Assembly: GCA_041687695.1 (NCBI GenBank)
Contig: JAWLBL010000025.1
Location: forward strand, 76,129 to 140,128
Origin: Myxococcota bacterium
GTDB taxonomy: Bacteria; Myxococcota_A; UBA9042; PHBI01; JAWLBL01
Length of the DNA: 64,000 nt
Direction of reading: 5' to 3'
In this document: piece by piece, positions 46,186-55,900 of the stretch
Numbering within the stretch: the first letter of the stretch is position 1
Layout of the letters: each line of letters starts with the position of its first letter
The notes under the pieces: generated by a model
Database searches by the model: none
Told to the model about the DNA's origin: nothing
What the model saw: the letters and a program-made list of their open reading frames with translations, nothing else
Program-made: the position numbers and the translations under genes

Positions 46186-47559
46186 GTGCCCGATCCGACA
46201 CACTTCTTATCAGTACGGCCGCGCTCGGGCAATGCGCCGCCCCCCGGTCAGGCGTCACCGTCGTTGCCAACCGACCCCGTCAGGGCCTATGGTGGCCGGT
46301 CAACGTCCCGCGAGGCCTCCTTGGGCAAGGTACACATTCGATCGAAGGGCCGCTCCGATGGACGCGGCGCCGCGGCTCCCCAGGTCGGCCGCTCCTCCAG
46401 CGCCACCCCGGCGCGGCCATCGTCTCCCTACGCGTCACCGTGGGTGCCCCTCGCCGCCCTCGCGGTCGTCACGGCCGCGCTCGTCGCCTGGCACCTGCGC
46501 GCCGGCGCGGACGCCGACGAGGCGCCGGCGGCCTCACAGCGCCTCCCCGACGTCGCCGCCCTCGACCCGTACGCCCCCGGGGACGCCGAGCAGCTCGCCC
46601 AGGCGGGCCGCGCGCTGACGCCCGCTCAAGCCGAGCGGCTCGAGGCAAGCCTCGGAGCAGGGCAGGGCGACCACGCCCTGCGCACCCAGCTCGTCGGCTA
46701 TTACGCCGGCGCGGGCGTGGACCGGGCCACCCGCGCCCGCCTGGGCCTGCACGTCGCCTGGTTCGCACGCCACGCCCCCGAGGCCGCCGTCCTGGGCACC
46801 CCGTGGGCCCGGCTGACCCCCGCCGACCCCTCCTGGGCCGAGGTCGAGGCCGCCTTCGCCACCCACACCGACCGCGCGGACGCCTCGCCCGCCACCCTAC
46901 GCCACGCGGCCCGGTTCTTCGGCTCGTTCGCGCCCGAGCGCGCCATCGCGCTCCTCGAGCGCGGCGCCGCCCTCGAGCCGGCGAACCCCGACTGGGCCTA
47001 CGCCATCGGCCGCGCCGAGGCCGAGGCCCGCGCCCTGGCAAGCAGCGAGGCCTCAGGGCTCCCCGCCGAGCAGGCCGCCCCAGTGTTGGCCCTGGTCCAG
47101 CCCGAGCTGGTGGACGAGGCCGCCGGCGTCCCCTTCCAGGATCTCGCCGACGCCGCCACCCGCGCCCTCGCCGACGGCCAGCGCGCCCGGGCCGCCGCCT
47201 ACGCCAACCACGCCCTCGAGAGCGCCCGGCGCCACGTCGAGCACCACGCCCACGGCTACGTCTTCCATCACTGCAACATCGTGCTCGGCCGCCTCGCCCT
47301 GCGCCTCGACCACGTCGCCCTCGCCGAGGCCTACCTGCTGCGCGCCACGCGGGCCCTGCGCTCCCCGCGCCTGTCCAGCGGCGGCCCCGACACGACCCTG
47401 GCGGCCGAGCTGCTCGCGCGCGGGCGCCGCGACGCCGTCCTGACCTACCTCGAGCGCGTCGGCCACCTGTGGCCCGCCGGCCGCGAGGGCGGCCACCTCG
47501 CCCGCTGGCGCGCCGAGATCAAGGACGACCGCGTCCCCACGTTCGACAAGAGCCTCTGA
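46186..47559 (+). CDS. Membrane-anchored TPR-like hypothetical protein (start uncertain, possibly near 46444)
   Basis: TM segment VPLAALAVVTAALVAW, TPR-like AIALLERGAALEPANP, C-terminal HHCNIVLGRLAL..SPRLSSGGP..LAAELL. Confidence 0.55.
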   Translation: MPDPTHFLSVRPRSGNAPPPGQASPSLPTDPVRAYGGRSTSREASLGKVHIRSKGRSDGRGAAAPQVGRSSSATPARPSSPYASPWVPLAALAVVTAALVAWHLRAGADADEAPAASQRLPDVAALDPYAPGDAEQLAQAGRALTPAQAERLEASLGAGQGDHALRTQLVGYYAGAGVDRATRARLGLHVAWFARHAPEAAVLGTPWARLTPADPSWAEVEAAFATHTDRADASPATLRHAARFFGSFAPERAIALLERGAALEPANPDWAYAIGRAEAEARALASSEASGLPAEQAAPVLALVQPELVDEAAGVPFQDLADAATRALADGQRARAAAYANHALESARRHVEHHAHGYVFHHCNIVLGRLALRLDHVALAEAYLLRATRALRSPRLSSGGPDTTLAAELLARGRRDAVLTYLERVGHLWPAGREGGHLARWRAEIKDDRVPTFDKSL

Positions 47560-47587
47560 GGCCGGCGACGAGCGCCGCCGACGCCGG

Positions 47588-48556
47588 TCACAGCCGCGCG
47601 ACGAGCGCGTCCAGCAGCGCGCCCGGGGCCGTCTCGACCGGCAGCGCGGCCAGCAGCGCCAGCAGGCCCGCTTCCCCGCCCAGCCGATCGGCCGCCAGCG
47701 TCCCGTACAGCTCGCGAAAGCGCCGCGCGACCTGCTCGCGCAGCCGGCCCTCGCGCGCCGCCGGCAGCCGGTCCGCCTGCGCCTGCCGGTGCCGCTCCAG
47801 CGCCTCGGCCAGCGCCTCGACGCCTTGGCCGTCGGCCGCGCTGGTCAGCACGATCTCGACGTCCTCGCGTCCCAGCGACGCCAGCGCCCCGCGGAGATCC
47901 GACCGCGTCCGCCGCGCCACCGCGCCCAGATCGGCCTTGTTCACGGCGAGCACGTCCGGGATCTCCATCAGCCCGGCCTTCAGGAACTGCAGGGTGTCCC
48001 CGCTGGCCGGCTGCACGATGACCAGGGTCGTGTCGGCCACCGTCGTCACGTCGGTCTCCGACTGGCCCACGCCCACGGTCTCGACCAGCACGCGGTCGCA
48101 ACCGGCCCGCAGCGCCAGCACGGCCTCGAAGGTGGCCGGCGCCAGCCCACCCAGCCGGTCGCGCGCCGCCATCGACCGGATGAACAGCCCGGGATCGCGC
48201 TCTCGCCCGGGCGCCGCCATGCGCGCCCGGTCCCCCAGCAGCGCCCCGCCCGAGCGGCGCGAGCTGGGGTCGACCGCCACGACGCCCACGGTCCAGCCGC
48301 GCGCGCGCCAGTCGCCCAGCAGCCGCCCCACCAGGGTGGATTTCCCGACCCCGGGCGGCCCGGTCACGCCCACCACCTGGCCGCCTGGCCGCGGCCGCGC
48401 GGTCAGCGCGTCGACCAACGCCCGCGCGGTCTGGCGGTCCTCGGGGCGGGTCGACTCGAGCAGGTTCATCGCCCGCGCGAGGGCCCCGCGCTCGCCGCGC
48501 GCGACGGCCTCGGCCGCGGAGGGCGCCCCGTCCACGGCCCCAGCGCCCCGCGTCAC
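47588..48556 (-). CDS. meaB: MeaB/ArgK GTPase chaperone of B12-dependent mutases
   Basis: GVTGPPGVGKST, AVDPSS..GGALLGDRARM, VETVGVGQSE, KAGLMEI, NKAD; GTG overlaps ecm stop. Confidence 0.92.
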   Translation of the reverse strand: MTRGAGAVDGAPSAAEAVARGERGALARAMNLLESTRPEDRQTARALVDALTARPRPGGQVVGVTGPPGVGKSTLVGRLLGDWRARGWTVGVVAVDPSSRRSGGALLGDRARMAAPGRERDPGLFIRSMAARDRLGGLAPATFEAVLALRAGCDRVLVETVGVGQSETDVTTVADTTLVIVQPASGDTLQFLKAGLMEIPDVLAVNKADLGAVARRTRSDLRGALASLGREDVEIVLTSAADGQGVEALAEALERHRQAQADRLPAAREGRLREQVARRFRELYGTLAADRLGGEAGLLALLAALPVETAPGALLDALVARL

Positions 48557-50574
48557 GCCGCCCGGCCGTGCCGTTCGGCGACCAGGCCGGCGATGTCGGC
48601 CATGATGGCGTTGAGGTCGAAGTTCGCGGGCGTGAAGACCCGGGCGACGCCCGCCCCCAGCAGCGCCTGGCGGTCGGCCTCGGGGATGATGCCGCCCACG
48701 ATGACCGGCACGTGGCCGAGATCGCGCTCGGCCAGCAGCTGCACGACCCGCGGCACCAGCTCGAGGTGGCTGCCCGACAGGATGGACAGCCCCACGGCGT
48801 GCACGCCCTCGTCCTCGGCGGCCGAGGCGATCTGCTCGGGCGTCAGCCGGATGCCCTCGTAGACCACCTCCATCCCGGCGTCGCGCGCCCGCACGGCGAC
48901 CTGCTCGGCCCCGTTCGAGTGCCCGTCCAGCCCCGGCTTGCCGACCAGCAGCTTCAGCCGCCGGCCCAGCGCCCCGCTGACCTCGTCGACCGCCCGCCTG
49001 GCCTTGGCCAGCCCGTCGCCCTCGTCGGCGCGGACCTCTCCGCCCTGGCCGCCGACGCCGGTCGGCGCCCGGAACTCGCCGAAGACCTCGCGCAGGGTGC
49101 GCCCCCACTCGCCGGTGGTCACGCCCGCGGCGGCGCAGCGCAGGCTGGCCTCCATCACGTTCGTGCCCGCCCGCGCCGCGTCCTTCAGCTGCGTCAGCGC
49201 GGCCTCGACCTCGCCCTCGCCGCGCTGGGCGCGCCAGGCCTCGAGCCTCGCCACCTGCTCGCGCTCGGCCGCCGGGTCGACCGTCAGGATGCCGCCGTCG
49301 TCGCTGGCCGTCAGCGGCGACGGGGCCGACTCGCGCCACCGGTTGACGCCGACCACGACCTGCTCGCCGGCCTCGATGCGGCGCAGGCGCGCGGCGTTCG
49401 CCTCGACCAGGCGCTGCTTCATCGCGCCGGTCCCGACCGCCTCCATCACGCCGCCCTGCCGCTCGATCCAGTCCAGCTCGGCCAGCACCTGCGCCTCGAG
49501 CGCGTCCTCGAGGCGCTCGATCTCGCGCGACCCGTCGAACAGGTCGCCGTACTCGAGGAGATCGGTCTCGTTGGCCAGGATCTGCTGCAGGCGCAGCGAC
49601 CACTGCTGGTCCCACGGCCGCGGCAGGCCCAGCGCCTCGTTCCAGGCGGGCAGCTGCACGGCCCGCGCGCGCGCCCGCTTGGACAGCACGACGCCCAGCA
49701 TCTCGAGCGCGATGCGGTAGACGTTGTTCTCGGGCTGCTGCTCGGTCAGCCCCAGCGAGTTGACCTGCACGCCGTAGCGGAACCGCCGCAGCTTGGGGTC
49801 CTGCACGCCGTAGCGCTCGAGCGTCAGCCGCTCCCACAGCCGCCCCATCACCCGCAGCTTGACCAGCTCCTCGACGAAGCGGATGCCCGCGTTGACGAAG
49901 AAGCTGATGCGGCCGACCACCTCGGGGAAGGCGGCCTCGGGCACGTCACTGCGGCCCTTGACGGCGTCCAGCAGCGTCAGCGCGTTGGCCAGCGCGTAGC
50001 TGACCTCGAGCACCGGCGTGGCCCCGGCCTCCTGCAGGTGGTAGCTGCAGATGTTGACGGGGTTCCAGTGGGGCAGCTCGCGGACCGTGAAGGCGACCAC
50101 GTCCGACTGCAGCCGCAGCGACGGCGCCGGCGGCAGCATGTAGGTCCCGCGCGACAGGAACTCCTTGACCAGATCGTTCTGCGTCGTGCCGCGCAGGGCC
50201 GCCCGCGCCGCCCCCTGCCGCTCGGCGACCGTCACGTACAGCGCCAGCAGCCACGGCGCCGTCGCGTTGATGGTCATCGAGGTGTTCATCTCGGCCAGCG
50301 GGATGCCCTGGAACAGGGCCTCCATGTCGCCGAGGTGGCCGATGGGCACCCCGACCTTGCCGACCTCGCCGCGCGCCAGCGGATCGTCGCCGTCGTAGCC
50401 CGTCTGCGTGGGCAGATCGAAGGCCACCGACAGCCCCGTCTGCCCCCGCGCCAGGTTCTCGCGGTACAGCGCGTTGGACGCCGCGGCCGACGAGTGCCCC
50501 GAGTAGGTCCGCATGACCCAGGGCCGGTCCCGCCGCCCCTGGGCCGCCGCCTGCGACGCCGCCCGCTCGCTCAT
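48553..50574 (-). CDS. ecm: Ethylmalonyl-CoA mutase (MeaA/Ecm), B12-dependent
   Basis: PWVMRTYSGHSS, GLSVAFDLPTQTGYD, YGVQVNSLGLTEQQPENN, GKPGLDGHSNG B12 motif; directly downstream of ccr. Confidence 0.92.
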   Translation of the reverse strand: MSERAASQAAAQGRRDRPWVMRTYSGHSSAAASNALYRENLARGQTGLSVAFDLPTQTGYDGDDPLARGEVGKVGVPIGHLGDMEALFQGIPLAEMNTSMTINATAPWLLALYVTVAERQGAARAALRGTTQNDLVKEFLSRGTYMLPPAPSLRLQSDVVAFTVRELPHWNPVNICSYHLQEAGATPVLEVSYALANALTLLDAVKGRSDVPEAAFPEVVGRISFFVNAGIRFVEELVKLRVMGRLWERLTLERYGVQDPKLRRFRYGVQVNSLGLTEQQPENNVYRIALEMLGVVLSKRARARAVQLPAWNEALGLPRPWDQQWSLRLQQILANETDLLEYGDLFDGSREIERLEDALEAQVLAELDWIERQGGVMEAVGTGAMKQRLVEANAARLRRIEAGEQVVVGVNRWRESAPSPLTASDDGGILTVDPAAEREQVARLEAWRAQRGEGEVEAALTQLKDAARAGTNVMEASLRCAAAGVTTGEWGRTLREVFGEFRAPTGVGGQGGEVRADEGDGLAKARRAVDEVSGALGRRLKLLVGKPGLDGHSNGAEQVAVRARDAGMEVVYEGIRLTPEQIASAAEDEGVHAVGLSILSGSHLELVPRVVQLLAERDLGHVPVIVGGIIPEADRQALLGAGVARVFTPANFDLNAIMADIAGLVAERHGRAA

Positions 50575-51842
50575 CCCTGCGCCTGCCGGCTCTCGGCCAG
50601 GTTGCGGCAGCCCGGGACGGTCGCGTTCACCTGGATGGCCATGTTCCCCGGCGGGTGCTTGTTGTCCATCATCAGCTGGTGCGCGAGGCCCGTCTCTTCG
50701 AAGGCGAAGGCCCGGCTCAGGCCCGTGTCGATCTTGCCGTCCATCACCAGGTGGTTGGCCTCGTCGGCCTCGTACATGCTGGCGAAGTGGCTGCCCTGGA
50801 TGCGCTTTTGCCGCATCCACACGTAGCGCGCGTCGAAGGTGATGTTGTAGCCGGTCGTGCCGGCGCAGAAGACGACCATGCCGCCGCGGCGCACGACGTA
50901 GCAGCTGACCGGGAAGGTCTGCTCGCCGGGGTGCTCGAAGACGATGTCGACGTCGACGCCGCCGGTGATGGCGTAGATGGCCTTGCCGAACTCGCGGACC
51001 TTCTTGACGTACTTCTTGTAGCCGTCCACGTCGGCCGTGTCGGGCAGCGCCCCCCAGCAGTCGAAGTCCTTGCGGTTGATGTACGCCTTGGCGCCCAACT
51101 CCAGGCAGTAGGCGCCCTTGTCGTCGCTGGAGACGACCGCGATGGCGTTGGCGCCGGCCGCGCGGCAGATCTGGATGGCCATGGTGCCCAGGCCGCCCGA
51201 GCCGCCCCAGACGAGCACGTTCATCGCCGGCTTGAGCGTGTGTGGCGCGTGGCCGTACAGCATGCGCCAGGCGGTCGCGTAGACCAGCATGTAGCAGCCG
51301 GCCTGCTCCCAGGTCAGGTGCTTGGGCTTGGGCAGCAGCTGCTGGGCCTGCACGCGCGTGAACTGCGCGAAGCTGCCGTCGGTGGTCTCGTAGCCGTAGA
51401 TCTGCTGCTCGCGGCACAGCATCGGCTCGCCGCCGTTGCAGTTGTGGCACTGCCCGCAGGTCTGGTTGCAGTGGACGATGACCTCGTCTCCGACCTTCCA
51501 GCGGCGCACGGCCGAGCCGACCTTCCACACGATGCCCGAGGCGTCGGAGCCGGCGACGTGGTAGGGCTGCTTGTGGATGTCGAGCGGGCTCAGGGGCACG
51601 CCCAGGCCGGCCCAGACGCCGTTGTAGTTCACGCCCGAGGCCATGACGTAGACGAGCACCTCGTCGGGGCCGATCTCGGGGACCGGGACCACCTCGGGCT
51701 GAAACGCCTGCGGCGGCGGGCCGTGGCGCTCGCGACGGATCGTCATCGCGTGCATCTCGGCGGGGACCAGGCCGAGCGGCGGGATCTCGCCGAGCGCGTA
51801 AACCTGCTTCGCTCCGGATTCCTGGAACGCGGCCTGGGTCAT
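50571..51842 (-). CDS. ccr: Crotonyl-CoA carboxylase/reductase
   Basis: YALGEIPPLG, MASGVNYNGVWA, AGSDASGIVW, YGYET, CAGTTGYN, WMRQKRIQGSHFA; GGAGG SD. Confidence 0.93.
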   Translation of the reverse strand: MTQAAFQESGAKQVYALGEIPPLGLVPAEMHAMTIRRERHGPPPQAFQPEVVPVPEIGPDEVLVYVMASGVNYNGVWAGLGVPLSPLDIHKQPYHVAGSDASGIVWKVGSAVRRWKVGDEVIVHCNQTCGQCHNCNGGEPMLCREQQIYGYETTDGSFAQFTRVQAQQLLPKPKHLTWEQAGCYMLVYATAWRMLYGHAPHTLKPAMNVLVWGGSGGLGTMAIQICRAAGANAIAVVSSDDKGAYCLELGAKAYINRKDFDCWGALPDTADVDGYKKYVKKVREFGKAIYAITGGVDVDIVFEHPGEQTFPVSCYVVRRGGMVVFCAGTTGYNITFDARYVWMRQKRIQGSHFASMYEADEANHLVMDGKIDTGLSRAFAFEETGLAHQLMMDNKHPPGNMAIQVNATVPGCRNLAESRQAQG

Positions 51843-52084
51843 TCGATTGCCTCCGTGGTGGGCCGTGGGGGAAGGGTTGGGGTGCGCGCGACAGGCTACG
51901 ACGCGACGCGTCACGAGCGTAGTCGGCGGTCGCGAGCGGCGCAACAGCTGAATGGGCGCTCACTCAGGCGCGCGAAACCGCGCCACCGCTCGGCCTCGCC
52001 GGCCTGGCCCGACGCCCGAGCCCGCCGGCTTGGAGGCCCCCGCCCGCCGGGCGATACTCGGGACATCGACCCAGCCGAGGCCCG

Positions 52085-52387
52085 ATGTCCACCACCTCTC
52101 CGCCCCCTGGCGAACGCGCGCGCCTGCACCTGCTGGTCGGCGGCCGCGTCCAGGGCGTCTCCTTCCGCCAGTCCACCCGCGACCAGGCCCGGGCGCTGGG
52201 CCTCGACGGCTGGGTCCGCAACCTGCCCGACGGCCGCGTCGAGGCGCTCGCCGAGGGCCCGCCCGACGCGCTGCGCGCCCTCGAGCGCTGGTGTCACACC
52301 GGGCCGCCGGGCGCGGCCGTCACCGGCGTCGAAGCGCGCTGGAGCCCCGCCGAGGCGTTGCCGCCCGGCTTCGAGGTGCGCCGCTGA
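52085..52387 (+). CDS. acyP: Acylphosphatase
   Basis: GRVQGVSFR, GWVRNLPDGRVE, GPPGAAV. Confidence 0.92.
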   Translation: MSTTSPPPGERARLHLLVGGRVQGVSFRQSTRDQARALGLDGWVRNLPDGRVEALAEGPPDALRALERWCHTGPPGAAVTGVEARWSPAEALPPGFEVRR

Positions 52388-52410
52388 CGCCGCCCCGCCC
52401 TGGAGGACCG

Positions 52411-52863
52411 ATGCCGACCGACTGGACCGTCCCGCAGCCCTTCGAACGCGTGCTGGCGTCCGCCGATCCCGGCCACGACGGCGCCGTGCGCGTCACGGGC
52501 AGCACCCCCGAGGAGACGCTGGCCCGGCTGGTGCTGGCCCAGGCCCAGCTGATGAGCGGCGGCGGGCCCATCGCCCCGCGCGGCGAGGGCGCCATCGAGC
52601 TGCCCGGCTCGCCCGACCTGGCCGTGACCGCCGTCGACGTCCTGCGCGAGGTCTGTCAACGCTACTGGGTCGCGGGGCAGATCGCCTGCGGCGTCGAGGT
52701 CGTCGACGTCTCACCGAGCCGCGTGCGCTTGCGCGTCGTCTACGGCAACTACGACCCCGAGGCGCACGCGTCGGGGCTGAACATCAAGGCCGTCGCCTAC
52801 CACGGGGCGCGGTTCGAGCCCCTGGATCTCGGCTACGTGGCCGAGGTGGTCTTCGAGGTCTGA
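52411..52863 (+). CDS. Archease-like protein (divergent)
   Basis: C-terminal YDPEAH..IKAVAYHG..AEVVFEV resembles the archease IKAVTYH..V.FDV signature; GGAGG SD. Confidence 0.6.
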   Translation: MPTDWTVPQPFERVLASADPGHDGAVRVTGSTPEETLARLVLAQAQLMSGGGPIAPRGEGAIELPGSPDLAVTAVDVLREVCQRYWVAGQIACGVEVVDVSPSRVRLRVVYGNYDPEAHASGLNIKAVAYHGARFEPLDLGYVAEVVFEV

Positions 52864-52956
52864 GCCCGCGCGTAACAGGCTGCGACATCCGGCCCGGGTG
52901 GGGATGAATCCTCGCGCGACCCCGTGCTACAGTGGGCCTCCCACTCGGAGGTCCCT

Positions 52957-55900
52957 GTGTCGCACGGTCGCACGGCCGAAACGTTTGCTCCCCGCCCCGA
53001 ACCGGTCTTCGGCGTTGCGGCGCGCCATGGGCGCTGGCGCGCGCTGCTGGTCGTCCTGTCGGCCCTGGCGTTCGGGGCCACGTCCCTCGGATGTGGGGAC
53101 GAGTCCGGCGGCGAGCCGGGCAGCGACGACGTCGGTGACGCCAAGGCCGACGACACGGCCGACGCAGCCGCCGACGCCGCGGTGGACGCCGCCGACGAGG
53201 ACGCCGTGGTGCCGGGCAGCTTCGGCCAGCCGTGCACCGGGTCGGACGACTGCCTGTCGGGGTGGTGCGTCGCGGGCCCGGACGGGCTGGTCTGCACCGA
53301 GAGCTGCGTGTCGACCTGCCCGGACGACTGGCAGTGCCGCGAGATCAAGAGCGCCTCCGGCGACCCGGTGTTCATCTGCATCAACCCGATGGCCGAGCTG
53401 TGCCACCCGTGCGCCAACGACGCCGACTGCAACAAGACCGTGGTCGGCGGGGGGAACCGGTGCCTGGGCGACGACGTCGACGGGCGCTTTTGCGGCGTGG
53501 CCTGCGGCGAGGAGGGCGTCGCCTGCCCCGAGGGATACGCGTGCGAGGCGGTCACGGGCGCCGACGGCGAGCCCGCCGAGCAGTGCGTGCCGACCGGCGG
53601 CGCCTGTGAGTGCAACGGCCTGGCCAAGCAGCTGAGCCTGTTCACCGGGTGCCTGCTCGACAACGAGCACGGCACCTGCGAGGGCGTGCGCCTGTGCGGC
53701 GCCGAGGGGCTGAGCGCGTGCGACGGGACCGCGCCCGGCCCCGAGACCTGCAACGGCTTCGACGACGACTGCGACGGGCAGACCGACGAGGACCTCGCCG
53801 AGGTCGCCTGCACCATCGACAACGCGCACGGCAGCTGCCCCGGGACCGAGCGCTGCTCGTTCGGGGCGCCCGTGTGCGACGGCACGCCGCCGACCGCCGA
53901 GATCTGCAACGGCAAGGACGAGAACTGCGACGGCGTCGCCGACGACGGCTTCCCCGACACGGACGGCGACGGCGAGGCCGACTGCATCGACACCGACGAC
54001 GACGGCGACGGCGTGCCCGACAACGTCGACTGCGACCCGCTCGACGCGGGCGTGTACCCGGGCGCGCCCGAGGTGTGTAACGGCAAGGACGACGACTGCA
54101 ACGGCGTCACCGACGACGAGGGCGCCGAGGGCTGCGAGCCGTGGTTCCTGGACAAGGACGGCGACGGCTTCGGCAACGACGGCGTTGCGACGCGGTGCCT
54201 GTGCGGCCCGGACGCCCTCACGTCGTTCACGGCGAAGGTCGGCGGGGACTGCAACGATCTCAACGGCGTGGTCTTCCCCGGCGGCGGCGAGCTGTGCAAC
54301 GGCCAGGACGACGACTGCGACGGCGAGACGGACGAGCCGGTGGACCTGGGATCGTGCCTGGTCGAAAACGAGCACGGCGCCTGCCCCGGCCAGCAGACCT
54401 GCACCGATGGCGTGGTCGCCTGCGACGGGCCGACGCCGCAGCCCGAGCTGTGCAACGGCGTCGACGAGGACTGCGACGGCCAGACCGACGAGGGCTTCCC
54501 GGACACCGACGGGGACGGGGTGGCCGACTGCGTCGACTTCGACAACGACAACGACGGCGTGCCGGACGTGCTCGACTGCGCGCCGACCGACCCGGACATC
54601 TACCCGAACGCACCCGAGCTCTGTAACGGCAAGGACGACGACTGCGACGACCTCGTCGACGAGGAGGACGCGCAGGGCTGCACCGAGTGGTTCCAGGACG
54701 CCGACCAGGACGGCTTCGGCTCCGACGCCATGGAGGCCAAGTGCCTGTGCGGCGCCGACCCGCTCATCTACTACACGGCCAAGGCGCAGGGGGACTGCAA
54801 CGACATCATCCCGTCGGCGCACCCGGGCGCGGCCGAGGTGTGCAACGGGGCGGACGACGACTGCGACGGCGCGACCGACGAAGGGGTGGCGTCGCCCTGC
54901 GGCACCTGCGGCGGGCTGTGCGTCCTCGAGGTCGGCCCGAACAAGGCGCGTGAGTTCGAGCCGCTGGCCACGCGGTCGTCGGCGGTCACGTTGAACGCGT
55001 CCGGGGCGCTGGTGCTGGACGCGGCGGCGGCCGGGACGCCGTGGGTCTGGGTGCCCAACACGTCCGACGGCACGGTCTCCAAGCTCGACGCCGCCAGCGG
55101 CTGCGAAGTGGCGCGCTACAAGGCGTGCTCCGGGGCCAGCCGCGTGGCGGTCGATCGAGGCGGCAACGCGGTCGTCGCGTGCGTGGGCGACGGGCGCGTC
55201 GTGCGCATCGCCGGCCACCCCTCGGCCTGCCCCGACGAGGACGGTGACGGCGTGGTCGCCACCTCGGCCGACGCCGACGGCAGCTGCACCATCGAGGCGT
55301 CCGAGCAGGTCGCCGCCGACGAGTGCGTCCTGTGGACCGCCCAGCCGGACGGCGCCGGCAGCCAACCGTGCGACCTGGGCACCGCGGGCTGCGCGCGGGC
55401 CGTCGCCGTGGACGACGCGGGCGACGTCTGGGTCGGGCTGTGGAACTCCAAGAAGCTGTACCGCCTGAGCCCGGTCGACGGCGCCACCCAGGCCACCCAC
55501 ACGCTGACGGTCCGTCCGACCGACATGGCGGTGGGGCAGGGCGGCGTCCTGTGGATCTCGTCGCGCGACCCGCACGCGCTGGCGCGCTTCACCGTGGCCA
55601 CCGCCGCGCTGAAGTCCTGGCCGGCGCCCTCGGGCACGGCCGAGGGCCTCGCGGTCGACCCCTACGGGAACGTGTGGCTCGCCGGAGGCATCGCCGGTGA
55701 CGTCGCGCGCTTCGATCCCGCGGCCGAGCAGTGGCAGACGGTCCCGGCCTTTGGAAAGGGCCACGCGCGCAACGTGGCCGTGCAGGCGCAGCGCGACGGC
55801 GCGGGTGCGCTGACCGGCGCCAGGGTCTTCGTCGCGCACCACACGGCGCCCTCGTGCACCCAGGCCGGGATGCACCGCACGGTCTCGGTGGTCGACGCGC

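Noticed and set aside
46358..46445. Possible frameshift joining ATG 46358 to the TPR-like gene
   Set aside because: In-frame alternative starts (TTG 46321, GTG 46444) exist and no slippery site is evident; cannot be supported
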